Assembly: GCA_017460765.1 (NCBI GenBank)
Contig: JAFUAK010000159.1
Coordinates: forward strand, 1 to 47,795
Origin: Prevotella sp.
Lineage (GTDB): Bacteria > Bacteroidota > Bacteroidia > Bacteroidales > Bacteroidaceae
DNA length: 47,795 nucleotides
Direction of reading: 5' to 3'
How positions within the stretch are numbered: position 1 is the stretch's first letter; every line of letters starts with the position of its first letter. Position numbers and translations under genes: made by a program. Positions 47,535-47,795 of the stretch are shown piece after piece. The notes beneath the pieces are model-generated. The model did no database searches. It was not told where the DNA came from and saw only the letters and a program-made list of their open reading frames with translations.

Positions 47535-47795
47535 TCAAATAGTAGGATTCAAAATCAGGCCCTCCTCCCATTTCAGGTCAACGGAAGTTCCCAACTCAAT
47601 GCCGGGACTCGACAGGTCGGGGATGCCGTTCGTGGCATTGCCGAGACCACCGGGGACGTTCGGATAGGTCGGATACTTACCCGTTGTCGGGTCTGGCAAT
47701 ACGGGGATATCCACCACACCGTCACCATCGGTATCCCAACCGGGACCACCCTTGGCAGGCTCGGTGACAAACGTATCATTAGTGCCGTCACCATC
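47535..47795 (-). CDS. C-terminal part of an upstream pilin-like paralog (5' end outside window)
   Basis: Open frame from the window edge: DGDGTNDTFVTEPAKGGPGWDTDGDGVVDIP...IPDLSSPGIELGTSVDLKWEEGLILNPTI. Confidence 0.7.
   Translation of the reverse strand, partial: DGDGTNDTFVTEPAKGGPGWDTDGDGVVDIPVLPDPTTGKYPTYPNVPGGLGNATNGIPDLSSPGIELGTSVDLKWEEGLILNPTI

Overview
Bacteroidales chromosomal window, probably Prevotella/Xylanibacter-like, judged from TAnnTTTG promoters, gene content and Prevotella-style T9SS C-terminal tails. Bases 1-11.8 kb are GC-rich housekeeping genes: patatin (partial), aminopeptidase P, C1 cysteine aminopeptidase, recJ, recQ, a purF lacking the catalytic Cys1, a MaoC dehydratase, ilvC with a twin-hairpin leader, and an acyl-ACP thioesterase. 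Bases 11.8-19.5 kb are a rearranged accessory junction: AAA-ATPase/PD-(D/E)XK gene, HU-like gene plus smalltalk-like peptide, an HATPase/STAS pair, and an 83-bp direct repeat that grafts the ATPase start onto a 1214-aa repeat protein. From 19.5 kb to the end is a tightly packed minus-strand surface-structure operon of at least 28 kb. It holds four type V pilin-like genes, a 4002-aa T9SS cargo, two small T9SS cargos and two large paralogous adhesin-like proteins. The best candidate for a new system is the set of four (V/I)(F/Y)GGG beta-solenoid proteins whose repeats run right to the termini in a complementary pattern: an anchor with a free N end, a double-ended shaft, and two tips with free C ends. 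This suggests a head-to-tail stacking, T9SS-anchored filament with exchangeable tips, linked to a type V pilus. All family calls come from reading motifs by eye; no database searches were run.
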